A stretch of DNA of 64,000 bases from Marsupella aquatica. Taxonomy: Eukaryota; Plantae; Marchantiophyta. Below the pieces are notes generated by a model. The model was not told the DNA's origin. It saw only the letters and a program-made list of their open reading frames with translations, and ran no database searches. Both the position numbers and the translations under genes were made by a program. Below, piece by piece: positions 49,101-61,540 of this stretch (positions within the stretch are counted from its first letter, which is position 1; every line of letters starts with the position of its first letter). The stretch spans positions 2,677,701-2,741,700 of the forward strand of contig OZ316891.1 of the NCBI GenBank assembly GCA_973895155.1, given 5' to 3'.

Positions 49101-49968
49101 TGACTTCGAGTTTCTGGGCAACGTCAGCGGACAACCTTACATCCTGCAGAGCAATGTGTTCGCCAGTGGGGTAGGAGGACGGGAGCAGAGAATCCACCTG
49201 TGGTTCGACCCCACCGCAGACTATCATGAATACGGGGTACTCTGGAATCACGTCCAACTCATGTAAGCCACTCTGAAGCCAGGCATCTTGCTCCACTGGT
49301 TGAAGATTGGATGATTCACCAGGATTGTCCTATTAACCTTGTATACTGCAGCAATTATCTTAGACAATGCAATATTGTAAACATTCATACGCTTGTGATT
49401 TCAATTTTGGGTAATCTTTTCATATCAAGGACACAATGACATAGAATCAAATATGCCATCATTTTGGGCAATTGATTTAGTGTAGCTTCATGACGTTCAT
49501 GGAATGAAGTGGCTTAAAATGACAAGCAATTGTCCGAATTAAGAAATTGTGGATGATCTGTTCAGATTTCTGGTGGACAACACTCCTATCAGGGTGTTCA
49601 AGAATCTTCAGGACCTGGGGTTGCCTTATCCCAGCAGCCAGCCGGCAAGAGCATTCTCTACTCTCTTCGACGCCAGCGCCTGGGCTACTCAAGGCGGGAA
49701 AGTGCCAATCGATTGGAACTCTGCTCCTTTCGTTGCAAGCTATGGATCATTTCAGATTGACGCCTGCGTCAACAATGGGGTGGACCAGACAGCATGTCAC
49801 ACCCAGTACCAGAACAACTGGTGGGAGGGCTCTGCTTACACCAGCCTGTCCACTTCTCAAATCAGCAATCTCCAGTATATCCGCCAGACATACTTAGTTT
49901 ACGATTACTGTACTGATACTGCAAGGAACCCCACTGCCCCGACTGAGTGTGTTCACAACTACAGCTAG
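46147..49968 (+). CDS. XTH: Xyloglucan endotransglucosylase/hydrolase (GH16), ~307 aa
   Basis: Exons 46147-46372, 47855-47955 (101 nt), 49069-49262 (194 nt), 49566-49968; internal exon sizes typical of XTH genes. Signal peptide; catalytic [10 protein letters not shown] followed by the NVS glycosylation site; [12 protein letters not shown]; WATQGG; C-terminal YDYCTD..R.P..P.EC. Confidence 0.96.
47396..47478. repeat. Perfect 19-bp inverted repeat (45-nt spacer) in XTH intron 1
   Basis: GCCATTCGTAATGTATGCC (47396-47414) and GGCATACATTACGAATGGC (47460-47478). Confidence 0.9.
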
Positions 49969-50878
49969 CATGTACGTTAGTAGAGTCGGCATTGTGTGCT
50001 TGGTTAGCACTTCATAACCATACTTCAATCTAAGCTGAATTGGCTTAGTTGTGTAGCTTCACATCATCGAAAGAGAGGACGAAACAAAACAATGCTTGGA
50101 AGGCTTGGCTGGCTTTCTTATTAAGATTTAAGCCTGACAATTCTTCACAAATCAGTGCGAGCAAATCATGATCGATAAATCTACCGCTAGGCAATCGTTG
50201 GCCAGAGGAAATGCAGTGCTTGGCAATCGTTGGCCCAGAGGAATGTAGATTCTGTGTAGGCGAGACTCGGGGAAGAAACTAGAATCCAGAGCTTAGATTT
50301 TCGAGCTCGTTTCTGTTCCCCTTCCAAAAGCTCAGTGAAAAATAAACCAAAGATTCTCCACCGATGTACAGATAGGAGGAGTAGAGCATCATGAGATCGA
50401 GCTCATCTGACTGGAAGTCATCAAAGAATCTTTCGCTGATTTATGGGTGCAGAGCTAGCTACAGTAGTTAATTACCCGTCACTTTTATTGTAGACCTTCA
50501 TTTAATTGGTAGTAAGTTCATTTATTTAGAGGCCCTTACTTTTATTGTACACCTTCGTTTGATAGTATTGGGACTCAGGGTATGTAACATCTGTGGACGA
50601 CAACCAGTGCTTCATCAAATCTGGCATCTGGAATAGTCTAGAAAGTGATCAATTGTGTGACCGTCGACATAGACGTATTTTCCAAAAACTAAGTAGCAAG
50701 AAAGGAGAGCTTGAGGAGAAAAGTATTTATTAGAAGTTTGGATAGGGAGGAAGGTAGAGAATTGTAATTGCTTTCGCGTAATAATTGCCGCCCATTGTCG
50801 GATTCAGGGCTGGCTAAATGTATTAGAAGGATTTGTAAGTAATGCTTGGAAATATTTATTGGTCTTGTAATCACTGTC

Positions 50879-51585
50879 TCCTTGGGACACCTCAAGTTAC
50901 TTCCACCCCTTTTAATGAGGCTTTGTGTGTTACTGTTTCATGATTGACAATTTAAATGTCATGAAATAAATTAAGACACAATGTAATGTCATGTTTGATG
51001 GGATGGACCTAAGGGTGGAAGAGGAGGTTGGCATTCCCTATCTCCTTGGGACACCTCTGTTTATTTCCATTTTCTGAATGAGTCCTTGTGTGTTACAGTT
51101 TAGTGATTACAATCTCAATGTGATAATATAGATTAAGACACACTACAATGTCATGTAAATGGCATGGACCTGAGGGTGGCAGAGGAGTCCTTCGGACACT
51201 TCAAGTTATTTTCCTCCCCTCTTAATGAGACCTTGTGTGCTACAGTTTATTGATTAACAGTTTGAATGTGATCAATAAATTAAGACACAATATAATGGCA
51301 TGGAAATGGCATGGACCTGAGGGTGGCAGAGGAGTCCTTCGGACACTTCAAGTTATTTTCCTCCCCTCTTAATGAGACCTTGTGTGCTACAGTTTATTGA
51401 TTAACAGTTTGAATGTGATCTATAAATTAAGACACAATATAATGGCATGGGCCTGAGGGTGGCAGAGGAGTCCTTCGGACACTTCAAGTTATTTCCTCCC
51501 CTCTTAATGAGACCTTGTGTTTTACAGTTTAATGATTAACAATTTGAATGCGATTAAATAATTTAGGACACAATATAATATCATG
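50879..51585. repeat. ~5x 136-164-bp tandem repeat
   Basis: Units start TCCTT(G/C)GGACAC at 50879, 51043, 51188, 51335, 51471. Shared AATGAG.C.TTGTGTG.TAC.GTTT...ATTAAGACACA...ATGG.CCT.AGGGTGG.AGAGGAG. Confidence 0.9.
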
Positions 51586-52164
51586 AAATTGTTTGAAATG
51601 TACACTAAAGTGATTAAGAATTTGAATATGATTAACTGAGAAGATATAATTGACTAGTGATTTGTGAAGTGGTGTTAGACGGTAGTCTAAGATCTAGGGT
51701 AAAACCTCTTAGACCATATCTACACTTACTCTGCTTACAAACGGAATCTGTTTTTCAAATTTATTTTCTTCTTCAATTCTATTTCTCAAACCTATCTTTC
51801 CCAACAGAAATTGCACATTTTCATAGGTTTTTCCTTGATTTCTTTCTGTCAAATCAAATTTTCACAGAGCCGTTTTCTATTCTTATTCTATTACAAAAAT
51901 GAATGTATCTTCTCCAAGTTAGTTTTGCTTTTCATCTCTATCTGCTGAATCTATTATTTACCAAAGCATGTGTTCCCTTGACCTCTATTTGCATTCAATG
52001 GGAGAGTAGCCAAGCCAGTGTCATCTGATAGACATAGGCAGGTTGGCAAGTCACAGCTTTGAACCCCGAAAGGTGCACAAAGGGTATACTGTAATCACAA
52101 AATTGCAACCTGAATTTTTGGACATGTTAGTGCTGGCATAGATAAAAATAACCCAAAGTTTTGT

Positions 52165-52820
52165 ATCCACACATGTATTCACATGTTATAATCCGCACAT
52201 GTATTCACAACAAGGTTTGGCCACTGGAGCGCTGCCCCAGTACGTTGCTAACCCTTGGCCCTGGTTGGGCCAACAGATTCCAATGTAGCCTAAACCTTGG
52301 TCCATGGTTGGGCCAATAGATTCCAATGGATGTAGCGATAAACCTTGGTCCCTGGTTGCCAACTGATTCCAATGGACGTAGCAATAAACCTTGGTCCCTG
52401 GTTGGACCCTCTACTGTATAAAAGTGCTACTTGCATAACCCTTCGAGTAGCATAACCCTTCGAGTAGCATAACCCTTCGTCATTTCTATTAACATTCAAA
52501 GAATGTCCTTGCATAACTTTTCATTTCTATTAACATTTAAAGAGTGGGCATTCAAAGAGTGGGCACTCAGGCTCATATCCAAAAAGATAAAAGTGCTCCT
52601 CGGTCCTTGGTTGGGCTATTCAAAGAGTGGGCATTCAGGCTCATATTCAAAAAGATAAAAGTGCTCCTTGGACCCTGGTTGGGCCAATAGATTCCAATGG
52701 ACCTAGCGATAAACCTTGATCCCTGGTCCACCCTCAGTGTATAAAAGTGCTACTCGCATGACCCTTGGTCATTTCTATTAACATTCAAAGAATGGGCATT
52801 CAGACTCATATTCAAAAAGA
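52165..52820. repeat. Composite minisatellite block
   Basis: CCTTGG.CC.TGGTTGG.CCAA.AGATTCCAATG ~5x; GCATAACCCTTCG 3x; AAAGA(G/A)TGGGCA.TCA 4x; TATAAAAGTGCTAC...TCATTTCTATTAACATTCAAAGAATG 2x. Confidence 0.85.
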
Positions 52821-53838
52821 ACGAGGCAGACTGATGTTCCAACATGTGATGGACCACCCAACTTCGTGGCACCGACATTGGTGACTTTCAATGTAGCACG
52901 GCAACCCCTCCAGAAAAAGGAGGTAGAACTGACACGTGAAAGTTCAGTCCACAGAAATCATGCATAAAGAATGAAGCTTACGTACCACAGACGCACTTGA
53001 AACAGACCTTTCGTCATTTTGGCCTTCGATTCTGTCATTACATTCTGCTGAATGCAGCAGTCAGATCACCCACCTTTCAACTAGGGCCCTACTAAGTCAT
53101 GTAGCGGATAGAAACAAGCAGAGCCCGAGAAGAGTACATTGGTGAAGCATGAAAGGGGATGGTTAAGTGTAAACTCGTAAGGTTTTGAATCGTGCATGTG
53201 GCAGTCCAGGGAGATCACTGTACAATTTGAAAACACAAATCACACCTGCCGCTGGAAAAAAACTTTACATCAAAGCAACGAAAACAGACAGCTGCAAAAA
53301 GTTTAGTGAAGGATTCGTGAAATGATAGAATCGAGCATCATATATGGCCTGAAACTGGCAAAGGCCTCTTTGCCCCACGTCAGCCAAGACTTCAATGCAA
53401 TCATTCCCTTACGTTGTTCATCATCTTCCAATTGAAGGAAAACACCTAAAACATTTACGAAAACAGGACGCAGGTGGAAACGAACCAACTGTCATTCCAG
53501 AGCCAAAGGCCCAGAATGTCTTATTGCTGGCTGTCTCAGTTGCAGAATAAATCTTGAGGGAGATAAGGTTTCTTCTCCTCCGATTTCTTCAATGCAGCAT
53601 TCTTGCAGTGACAACTTCAACACGGTTGTCTACACTTTTGTTTTACAGTATTGGATGTGGACTTTTACATCAAAAGTGCGGCTTCAGGACATGTTGATCT
53701 TGAGGACAGCAATTTTGTCCCAAACCTAAATTCACCGTAAATAAGTAGGCCGGCTGCTGCGCAGCACTGCCCTAAACTATGTAAAAATAGTGCATTTCTA
53801 AAAATGATTGGCCTTTTTTGAGACAACAATACCCCCCT

Positions 53839-56800
53839 TCAAGGAATTTTTCGGACCTGAATAGACTGTTGAACATCCTGTAGGCTGCTGGAGGAAATGT
53901 CGGAGACAGCAACCACGAGGTCACCAGATTTCATCATACCTCGCATTTTCAGCAAAGCAAAAGTGCGACGAAGGTTGCTCTCCATGTCATCAGAAAATTC
54001 AATGCGGAACGGAATCAAACCCCATGATAAGTTCAATCGCCTCCTGATGGATGTCGAGTCGGTGAAAGCAAAGATAGGACAATCAGGACGACACCTCGAA
54101 AGTAATTGAGCCATGTAACCTCTTCTCGTGTATACAAAGATGGCATCCACTTCAAGCTTATTCGCTGCATCCACAAATAAAACCAAGAACAATGTCAAAA
54201 GAAAATGAAATACATTCTCAAACATCAAATCAATGAAACAACAGTTTTCCGAGAAAAGCATTACTTGAGCTGGAAAGCAAGAGATAGACTTACCCATTTG
54301 CGCAGCACCAGTACAGATTTGCTCTGAGATTCTATCATTAATGGCAGTAGAGAGTTCTCGCAATCGTGTGTTTTCATGATGTTTCTCCTCCCGACACCAC
54401 TTCTCCAGTCTTAAACTTACTTGCCGAAGCACACCCAATGCTTTCTCCGGAAATGCTCCCATAGCTGATTCTCCTGAAAGCATTAGGGCATCAGCACGTT
54501 GCCTGACAGCCTCCGATATATCTGCAACCTGAGAAATCCAAGTCCCACTATCAACGAATGCCTGAAGTGTGGACAAAAAATTCTACGATAACAGTAGTTA
54601 CTATCAAACATACACTGGGAAAGAACGGCGTTTGCACCATTATTTCAGGCCAAACAGAAAAGGGATTCTTACAGTAGAAGTCATCTCTATTTCCTGTCTC
54701 AATCCGACACCATCTATCTACATCCAGGGATCCAAACATGATGACTCGCATCTATGACATCCCTCTCTTCAAACTGGTTCACAAGCATAACTACAAATTT
54801 TTCATCATGCCAGCTTAGAATGCATCTGGTCTCTCTAGAAATCAGTACGCTACCTCTGCCCGTGTTGGTGTAGGATACTCAATCATTGACTCCAATAGCT
54901 GCGAAGCAACTATCACAGGTTTATTCAGCTGCCGACACAGCTGTACTATCTCCTGCTGAACAGATGGAACCTGTTCTATAGGGATCTGTGCCCCAAGATC
55001 ACCTCTGGCAACCATGGCCCCATCCGACACCAGAATTATATCCTCCAAGTGTTTAAGCGAATCACTACTTTCGATCTTGGCAAAAACTCCAATATAGCTG
55101 AAAGTAACAAATCGATAAGATCAGACGAAACTTCTGGAGTTGCGGATGAAGACAGGAGTTTGCAAATCCAAAAATGATACCAGTGGCAAGCACGTTTGAT
55201 TGCTGCAGAAAATCGACCAATTTCAGTCCATGACAACTGATAGGAACCACCTAAAACTAGCACCCACAATCCAGCAGGTAGGCTGCAGTAGATACTGCTC
55301 CCAAGAATGCTCTTGCTGGATTTTTCAAATTTGGACTTTAGATAGATCTTAGAAAGAGAGGCAAAATTTCGAGTCGAACTTACCCTTGAGGACATCGTGC
55401 TGAAATGTAGCTCTTCAGATGCTTAATGACATCAGCTGACTTGACGAAAGAGACGGCGATAAAATCGACTCCTTCAGAGATTCCAAAATCAATATCAAGC
55501 CAATCCTACACAAATCGACCGTAATGATGTCAGTCAACTGTTTCCAGGGAATATGCAGGGAATATCCAGGGGGTATCGCAATTCACATCACTACAGGTGG
55601 TTTACTATTGCCCAAGCACAACTTTCAAAAACAAGTAATGAATGGCCACCATCAACCTAGATCAGAGACGCTGCTTGGATTTCAGCCACAGAACCCGGCC
55701 AGAGGAGAAGGTAGAAGACAACTGTTCAGAGCCCTAGAGGACGAGTTGAACCAGAGCATCACTACCTTGGAAGAAATAGTAGGGAGCATGGCATTCCGTT
55801 CTCGAACAACACGATTGTCTCTCCAGAAGGTGAGATTTGCACGAGGGAGCAGGAGACCTGGATCAATGACCCTGCAGATGACATCTGGTCCAAGCTTCTT
55901 CACAACATCAAAGCGAACCATTCCACCGTCAACCACCAATTCATCTCCTTGCTGGATATCTGCCACGGGGAATTTAGTAGAATTAGGAAAAATCTGAACA
56001 CAGACGAACATGAACTAAACCGCCAGTTTGGTAAATATCCAATCTTAAGCTCGAGGACAGAGCTGCAACCATTCTCAACATACCAATCCTTTAAGCAGAT
56101 GATTTGTTACATCAAAGCCATCCCTTACCCTCAGCGAAGCCCTCATAATTGACAGTGACAGTCCGAGCTGGCATTGCACCCTCAAATTTTCGCACGGTGA
56201 ACGTCCATTCTTCTCCGTCCTGCCGACACAAAAATAAAATAAGATTAGAAGTCACCCAACTAAAAAAAACCATTGAATTCCGTAGACCAGTGCAATTCAG
56301 TCTCCGCATTTCCCATGGAATGATACCCCAGCGCATAAAGCGAGAAATGAAGCATCTCCATCGGTGCAATACTATAAGAATACAGAAGTCCAGGAAAATT
56401 AATCTCTACAACACACTCCATATCAGCCACTCTAGTTAAAAGTAAGTTTCCTGGGAATCAACTACGCCGACTCGTTTGGGAAGGTGTAGCACTGTTCAAA
56501 GCATACAATTCTTCAGAACACAATGAAATTGTGAGAACGGCACTGTGCCATGCGACATGTACCACTCCAACCTCTCGCTTGTAGAGTATCACCACATAAG
56601 ACCCTACACAAAGGCTTTCACTTCAAGAGAAGCCAGAGAAAAAGTTGTCCAAAGTTAAGCCTCCATCTCTCTGTATTCATGGTGGACATCAGAAAATGGG
56701 CACCCATGACGACGCCATCCGAGTGAGTCAAGCGCCGGACACATACTGGGCAAAATCGGCTGCTTCAGAGAGGTGAACGAATTCTTGCAACATGGAATCA

Positions 56801-57512
56801 ATTCTACTCAAGAAATGGACTACATGCAAAGAGCATTTACCTCCGCCTTGGCAGAAGGGATTCCGCCTAAATCTCCCATGTGAATTTCGCTGCCTTCCGT
56901 ATCCATCATGATGGCTACCGAATAGCCCTTCTCCACATTGAGCTTGTGGACATTCCGAATGACGGCTCTATGCCAATCTCGGGTCCCATGACACATGTTC
57001 AATCTGGCCACATTCATTCCCCCATGTGCAAGGGCTTCCAGCTGCTCGAAGGAGCATGATGCAGGACCGATTGTGCAAACGAGCTTCGTCCTCCTCGTGC
57101 TCCGGAATCCATTCTCCTTCAAGTCCGCCTCAGTCACCAAGTCCACCTCCATTCCTGGAGAGAGGAGCGCGGCGGAACCATTCTCTTCCGCCGTCTCGCT
57201 TTCCAGGGCGTGGCCGTTGGGCGATTCAGCCTTGCCGTCTGTGATGACATTCTCAGGTTCCAACAAACCCGTTCCCGACTCCACCTTGCCTTCGGCCACC
57301 ACTGCTTCTCGGGGTTTCTTGCCCCTGGCTTTGGTCTCATATCTCCTTCGATCAGAGCACACCGTCGACAGCTTTGTTCTTTGCAAAGAAGAGCCAAGAG
57401 ACCCCGAAGAATTGACACTAATCGCCCTGGCGCTCAAATCCTTCCCATGGAGCTCCAGCCTCGCGGATCCCCCGTGCAACACCAGATTCGGCCGGCAGAT
57501 TGCCTGCGCCAT
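53839..57512 (-). CDS. PKP1: Plastidial pyruvate kinase, alpha-type subunit, ~627 aa with transit peptide
   Basis: Exons (minus) 57512-56841, 56219-56129, 55959-55766, 55505-55384, 55097-54854, 54528-54294, 54164-53839 (1884 nt, GT-AG, in frame). Motifs [85 protein letters not shown]. Confidence 0.96.
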
Positions 57513-57644
57513 CCTGAGCCGCCGCGAGACCTTTCAGAGCGTGCTCTCCTGAGCTTACGACACCAGCCTACAAATCAAATCCTTCGCAAGAACAATCGAT
57601 CACCGTCCTTTTTCCAGTCCGCGATAGATCGCTCGCTACACATG

Positions 57645-57970
57645 CACCACAACACAACAACAACACAACAACAACAACACAACACAACACAACCCCTGGC
57701 AAAACCTCTCTCTGCGTCTCTCTCGTTTTCTCCGCCAGCTTTGTTTGATCTGGAGAGCGGCGGAGGCAATGTAGAATCGTTGTGGAGAGTTTTCCTTCGC
57801 TTTCCTTTTCGTTTCGTTTTCGTTTCCTTTCGTTTCTTTTCGTTCTCTCGAATTTAGTGCCTCGGTGCGTTCACTCTACGGCAAGAGCTCAACCAACCAA
57901 CTAATCAGTTGATGTTGTTGTTCGTTCGCTCATTCGTTCGTTCGTTCGTTCGTTCGCTATTTCGTTCGTC
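57645..57970. repeat. Microsatellites upstream of PK: (CAA/CAACA)n, (TTTCG)n, (TTCG)n
   Basis: 57645-57693, ~57795-57845 and 57921-57969 respectively. Confidence 0.85.
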
Positions 57971-58125
57971 ACCGACTAATAATAGCGATCTCGGCGCTGA
58001 AGGAAGCTCTCCGTTCGCATCTCTGGTTGGACAGTTAAACATCCAAGCAGAGAGACGTGAGCGGAGCCAATCTCTCTATCTACAGGAGTATTTCTCCCCT
58101 GGTTGGTTTTTCTCGTAAACCTCAT

Positions 58126-58593
58126 TGTTTGGTCTGGTCCTTCCCATGTCTGGTCCTACCTATAGACACATTTTTATGGTTCTCCTGTTTGTTTGATCTG
58201 ATCCTTCCTACAGACACATTTTTATGGTTCTCTTTGTTTGGTCTGGTCCTTTCTATAGACGCCTTTTTATTGTTCTGTTCTTTGTTTGATGTGGTCCTTC
58301 CTATCGACACATTTTTATGGTTCACTTCTTTGTTTGGTCTGGTCCTTCCTATCGACACATTTTTATGGTTCACTTCTTTGTTTGGTCTGGTCCTTCCTAT
58401 CGACACATTTTTATGGTTCACTTCTTTGTTTGGTCTAGTCCTTCCTAAAGACACATCTTATTGTTCTCCTCTTTGTTTGGTCTGATCCTTAATGTAGACA
58501 CATTTTTATGGTTCTCTTTGTTTGGTCTGGTCCTTTCTGTAGACACCTTTTTTTTGTTCACTAATTTGTTTGGTCTGGTCCTCCTCTAGACAC
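58126..58593. repeat. ~10x ~48-bp minisatellite
   Basis: TTGTTTGGTCTGGTCCTTCCTATCGACACATTTTTATGGTTCACTTCT, with an exact 48-bp period in the central copies (58331 vs 58379). Confidence 0.92.
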
Positions 58594-59045
58594 GGGCCCA
58601 AAAAAATTAGCCAAACTTGGAGACAGGATTCCAAAGGCATAAGACCCAATAAAGAGAAGGAAACAAGAAAAAAATATCTGGCTTTCTTCTTCTCTTGTTT
58701 GGTCATTTCTCACAAAAAATGAACTGTCTCTGTTTTGTTGCGGTTCTGTGTGGCAGGTAGATCGCCCCTATGATGACTAGTGAGATGATGCTTATATGAT
58801 GATTTCATATATGTGAATGTACTGAAGGAAGCTTTCCGCTCGCAGGTTTGGAAGTTAAAGCCCAACCGGACAGAGGTGGCCAAACTGAGCCAATCTCTCT
58901 ATCTGGGTGCTTTTAATTATTCTGTTGTTTGTTTGGGCTGGACTGGTCCTTCGTATACCTGTGTTGTGTCTTCTTCTTCTTGGGTAATTTTTCTGGTAAT
59001 TTCTTAAACGGGGTGAATTAACTTTGTTTAGATTCTGTTTTTTAT

Positions 59046-59176
59046 GGAATGAAGGTTTTGGAATGTCCCAAAATTAAGATATGGGCTCTTCTAAAAAAAG
59101 ATGAACTTTAATTAGACTTGGCTTTTGGTGGAATGAAATTTTGTAACTTCCCACAATTACGATATGGGCTCTTCTA
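59046..59176. repeat. 2x ~47-bp direct repeat GGAATGAA..TTT.G.AA..TCCCA.AATTA.GATATGGGCTCTTCTA
   Basis: Two copies visible directly. Confidence 0.7.
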
Positions 59177-60036
59177 TGCACGATTGTTTTCAAGGTGAAA
59201 TGAGGACTACAGGTTATCCAAGCAACTTTATATGGGAACTTGTGGTTTAGATGGGAAAGGCAATTTGGAGCAAACTTGGACTTTTTAATTCCATCTTTGG
59301 TTGGTGCTCACATAACCATAAAGAGGATCCCTATATCTGTCGCTCCCTGGCTGGATGGAATATCCAGCCTTTTTCTTTACTTTATCTTATTAGAATTGAA
59401 TGGATGGAAAAGAAACAACAAATTTACTACAAAAAATGGGTCAACAAAATGCGAAACTGGTGCCCAGGATGGTCGGGGAGGTTGTGTATGGTAGCTACTA
59501 TGGATGATTGAGACAGGTCCCATATCATGTGCAGCATTTTTGGACAATTAGCACCCTAAAAATAGTTATATATATTTTAGTATGTTTTACCTCTATCTTT
59601 TGGAATATTTTGAGAAGATTTGAGAATGTATCTTCCATTCAACCTAATAAAAACCCAGCCTATAATATTTATTTATGTGTGATGGGTTGGAAGAAAAATA
59701 AGTGAATACCTCATGAGCATGGATTAAAAAAATTAATTAATGTAATCAATTAGTATTAATGAAGGGATTGCCTTACATGGGAACAGGCCTGGTACTGGTG
59801 GATATCCAAGTCCGCGTGCTTTTCTGCTAATTTGCCACCAGAAGCTTCTGCGTATCATTTGCACAATGAGGACGGCAACCGCCAATTTGGCCAGTTTTTC
59901 AGGGTGCCAAAAAGAATTTCCTAGCCCTGCCAAACTTCATCAACAAATGCTGTTGTGCCAGCTGTTCACATCCAAACCAGGGTGCTCATTCCCTTGCAAA
60001 ACAGCTTACATTGATCCATTCTGAGTATTTGCACAA

Positions 60037-60184
60037 GGCAGCCCCACACGTAAAACAAGTGCTGATGCTCTAAGGGGAGAAGAGGTTCCTTCTCCATTCC
60101 ATGAAAGGGAGAAATTTTCCCCGTCAACAAAAATTCTCTATGGCAGCCCCACACCGTAAAACAAGTGCTGATGCTCTAAAGGGG
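60037..60184. repeat. 2x ~41-bp direct repeat GGCAGCCCCACAC.GTAAAACAAGTGCTGATGCTCTAA.GGGG
   Basis: Copies at 60037 and 60142. Confidence 0.85.
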
Positions 60185-61502
60185 CAATGAAAGGCGAACT
60201 TACCCCTCTATATCTCCTTGGCAGGAATGTGTGAAATATGTTGTCTCTAATCGGCTTCTTCCACTAACGAAGAATCCCCACCGCCACATTCAAAGTCAGA
60301 TGCGCAAATTTGATCATTGTCCGCCAAATATAGTGGTAATACTTGTATACTGTACAGTAGTTATGTTCAACCAATGTAATGGCCCCTCGCTAGGTTCCAT
60401 CTTAACAACAAAGTGGCATGCACTGAATCCTCTTGTGTACCAAAGTTCCATCCCGGTTAGCAAAATAATAATCATTTTTTCTTCCAGGAATGGTTCAAAT
60501 AACAAAAATGTTATTCTCCTTTTTTTATTCTTAAAACAATGTATACCTTGAAAACCCCCCCACAAAAGAAACTAAAAAGTGAGCTTGATGAGTGGCGAAT
60601 TGAACAGCCTCGTAAAGCTATGCACTAAGGTAGTGTCTCACAAACACTCTAAATATTTGATCAGTCAGGCCCCAAACTTCAACAAATAATTATTTGTTTC
60701 ATCCATCCCCAAAATGCAACTTGTCACTTGATCGATCCCTTGAGATCTATGAACGACCCAGATCTGAGATTGAAAAGTCTATCAACGATCCAGATTAAGA
60801 AAAATATGGATTAATTAAGCAAACTTTTTTAGAAAAGTGTCTACTAATCATATCCCTCACTATTTTGTGAGCCAAGATGATCGCCCCTTGTGTGAGCGAA
60901 TCTGATCGTCCGTACAGTAAGGGCCCGGCGCAACATTCCATCCCAGCAATAAATTGGCACGTACACTACTATCCTCTGAAGTATTCATTATTTGAATATT
61001 ATTTGATGCTCTTTATCCCTCATGGCTCATGCTCTCCTCTCGTCTTGTTCCGGCGTGATAAACTAGGCACGAGCTCGAATCCCGTCGCCGCCAACTAACC
61101 ATCACTTCGATCCCGCCCGCCAGCCGTCGATCATGCAGCACCCCCTTCGTCCGATTCGACCGACGTTACCTCCAAAGTCCAGAAGTGACCTACTGTAGTG
61201 CGCACTGCACACTCTATGTTCTGTAGACTAGAGTGGGTCAGACCGGGTTTGTCCCCAAAACGACTGAACGCCGTTACGCCTCGCCTAGCCCGGATGGCAC
61301 GATATTGGAAAACAGTAATGCTCAATGTCGCAATAGCGTAAACACGATAACCCCGACAGCAATTGAGGCGTCGACGTGAGATTGACGAATTGCAAAAAAT
61401 TAATGATGACACTATCGGATCAAAAGGTCACGATTATTCTCCTATAACAAGTACGTAGCCATTGCCGTTAGATTGCAAATGTAGCGCTCGATTCAGACGA
61501 TG

Positions 61503-61540
61503 ACCGCTCGCCCAGGTTTGAACCTGGGACCTAGTGGATG
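61503..61540 (-). pseudogene. tRNA-like 3' half (variable loop, T-arm, acceptor 3' strand); truncated tRNA or SINE head
   Basis: Minus strand reads ATCCACTAGGTCCCAGGTTCAAACCTGGGCGAGCGGT (B-box hairpin CCCAGG-TTCAAA-CCTGGG). No matching 5' half or D-arm upstream. Confidence 0.45.

Noticed and set aside
58057-58485. 142-aa and antisense 110-aa repeat ORFs as genes
   Set aside because: Non-ATG starts; openness is explained by the 48-bp unit; no family similarity.
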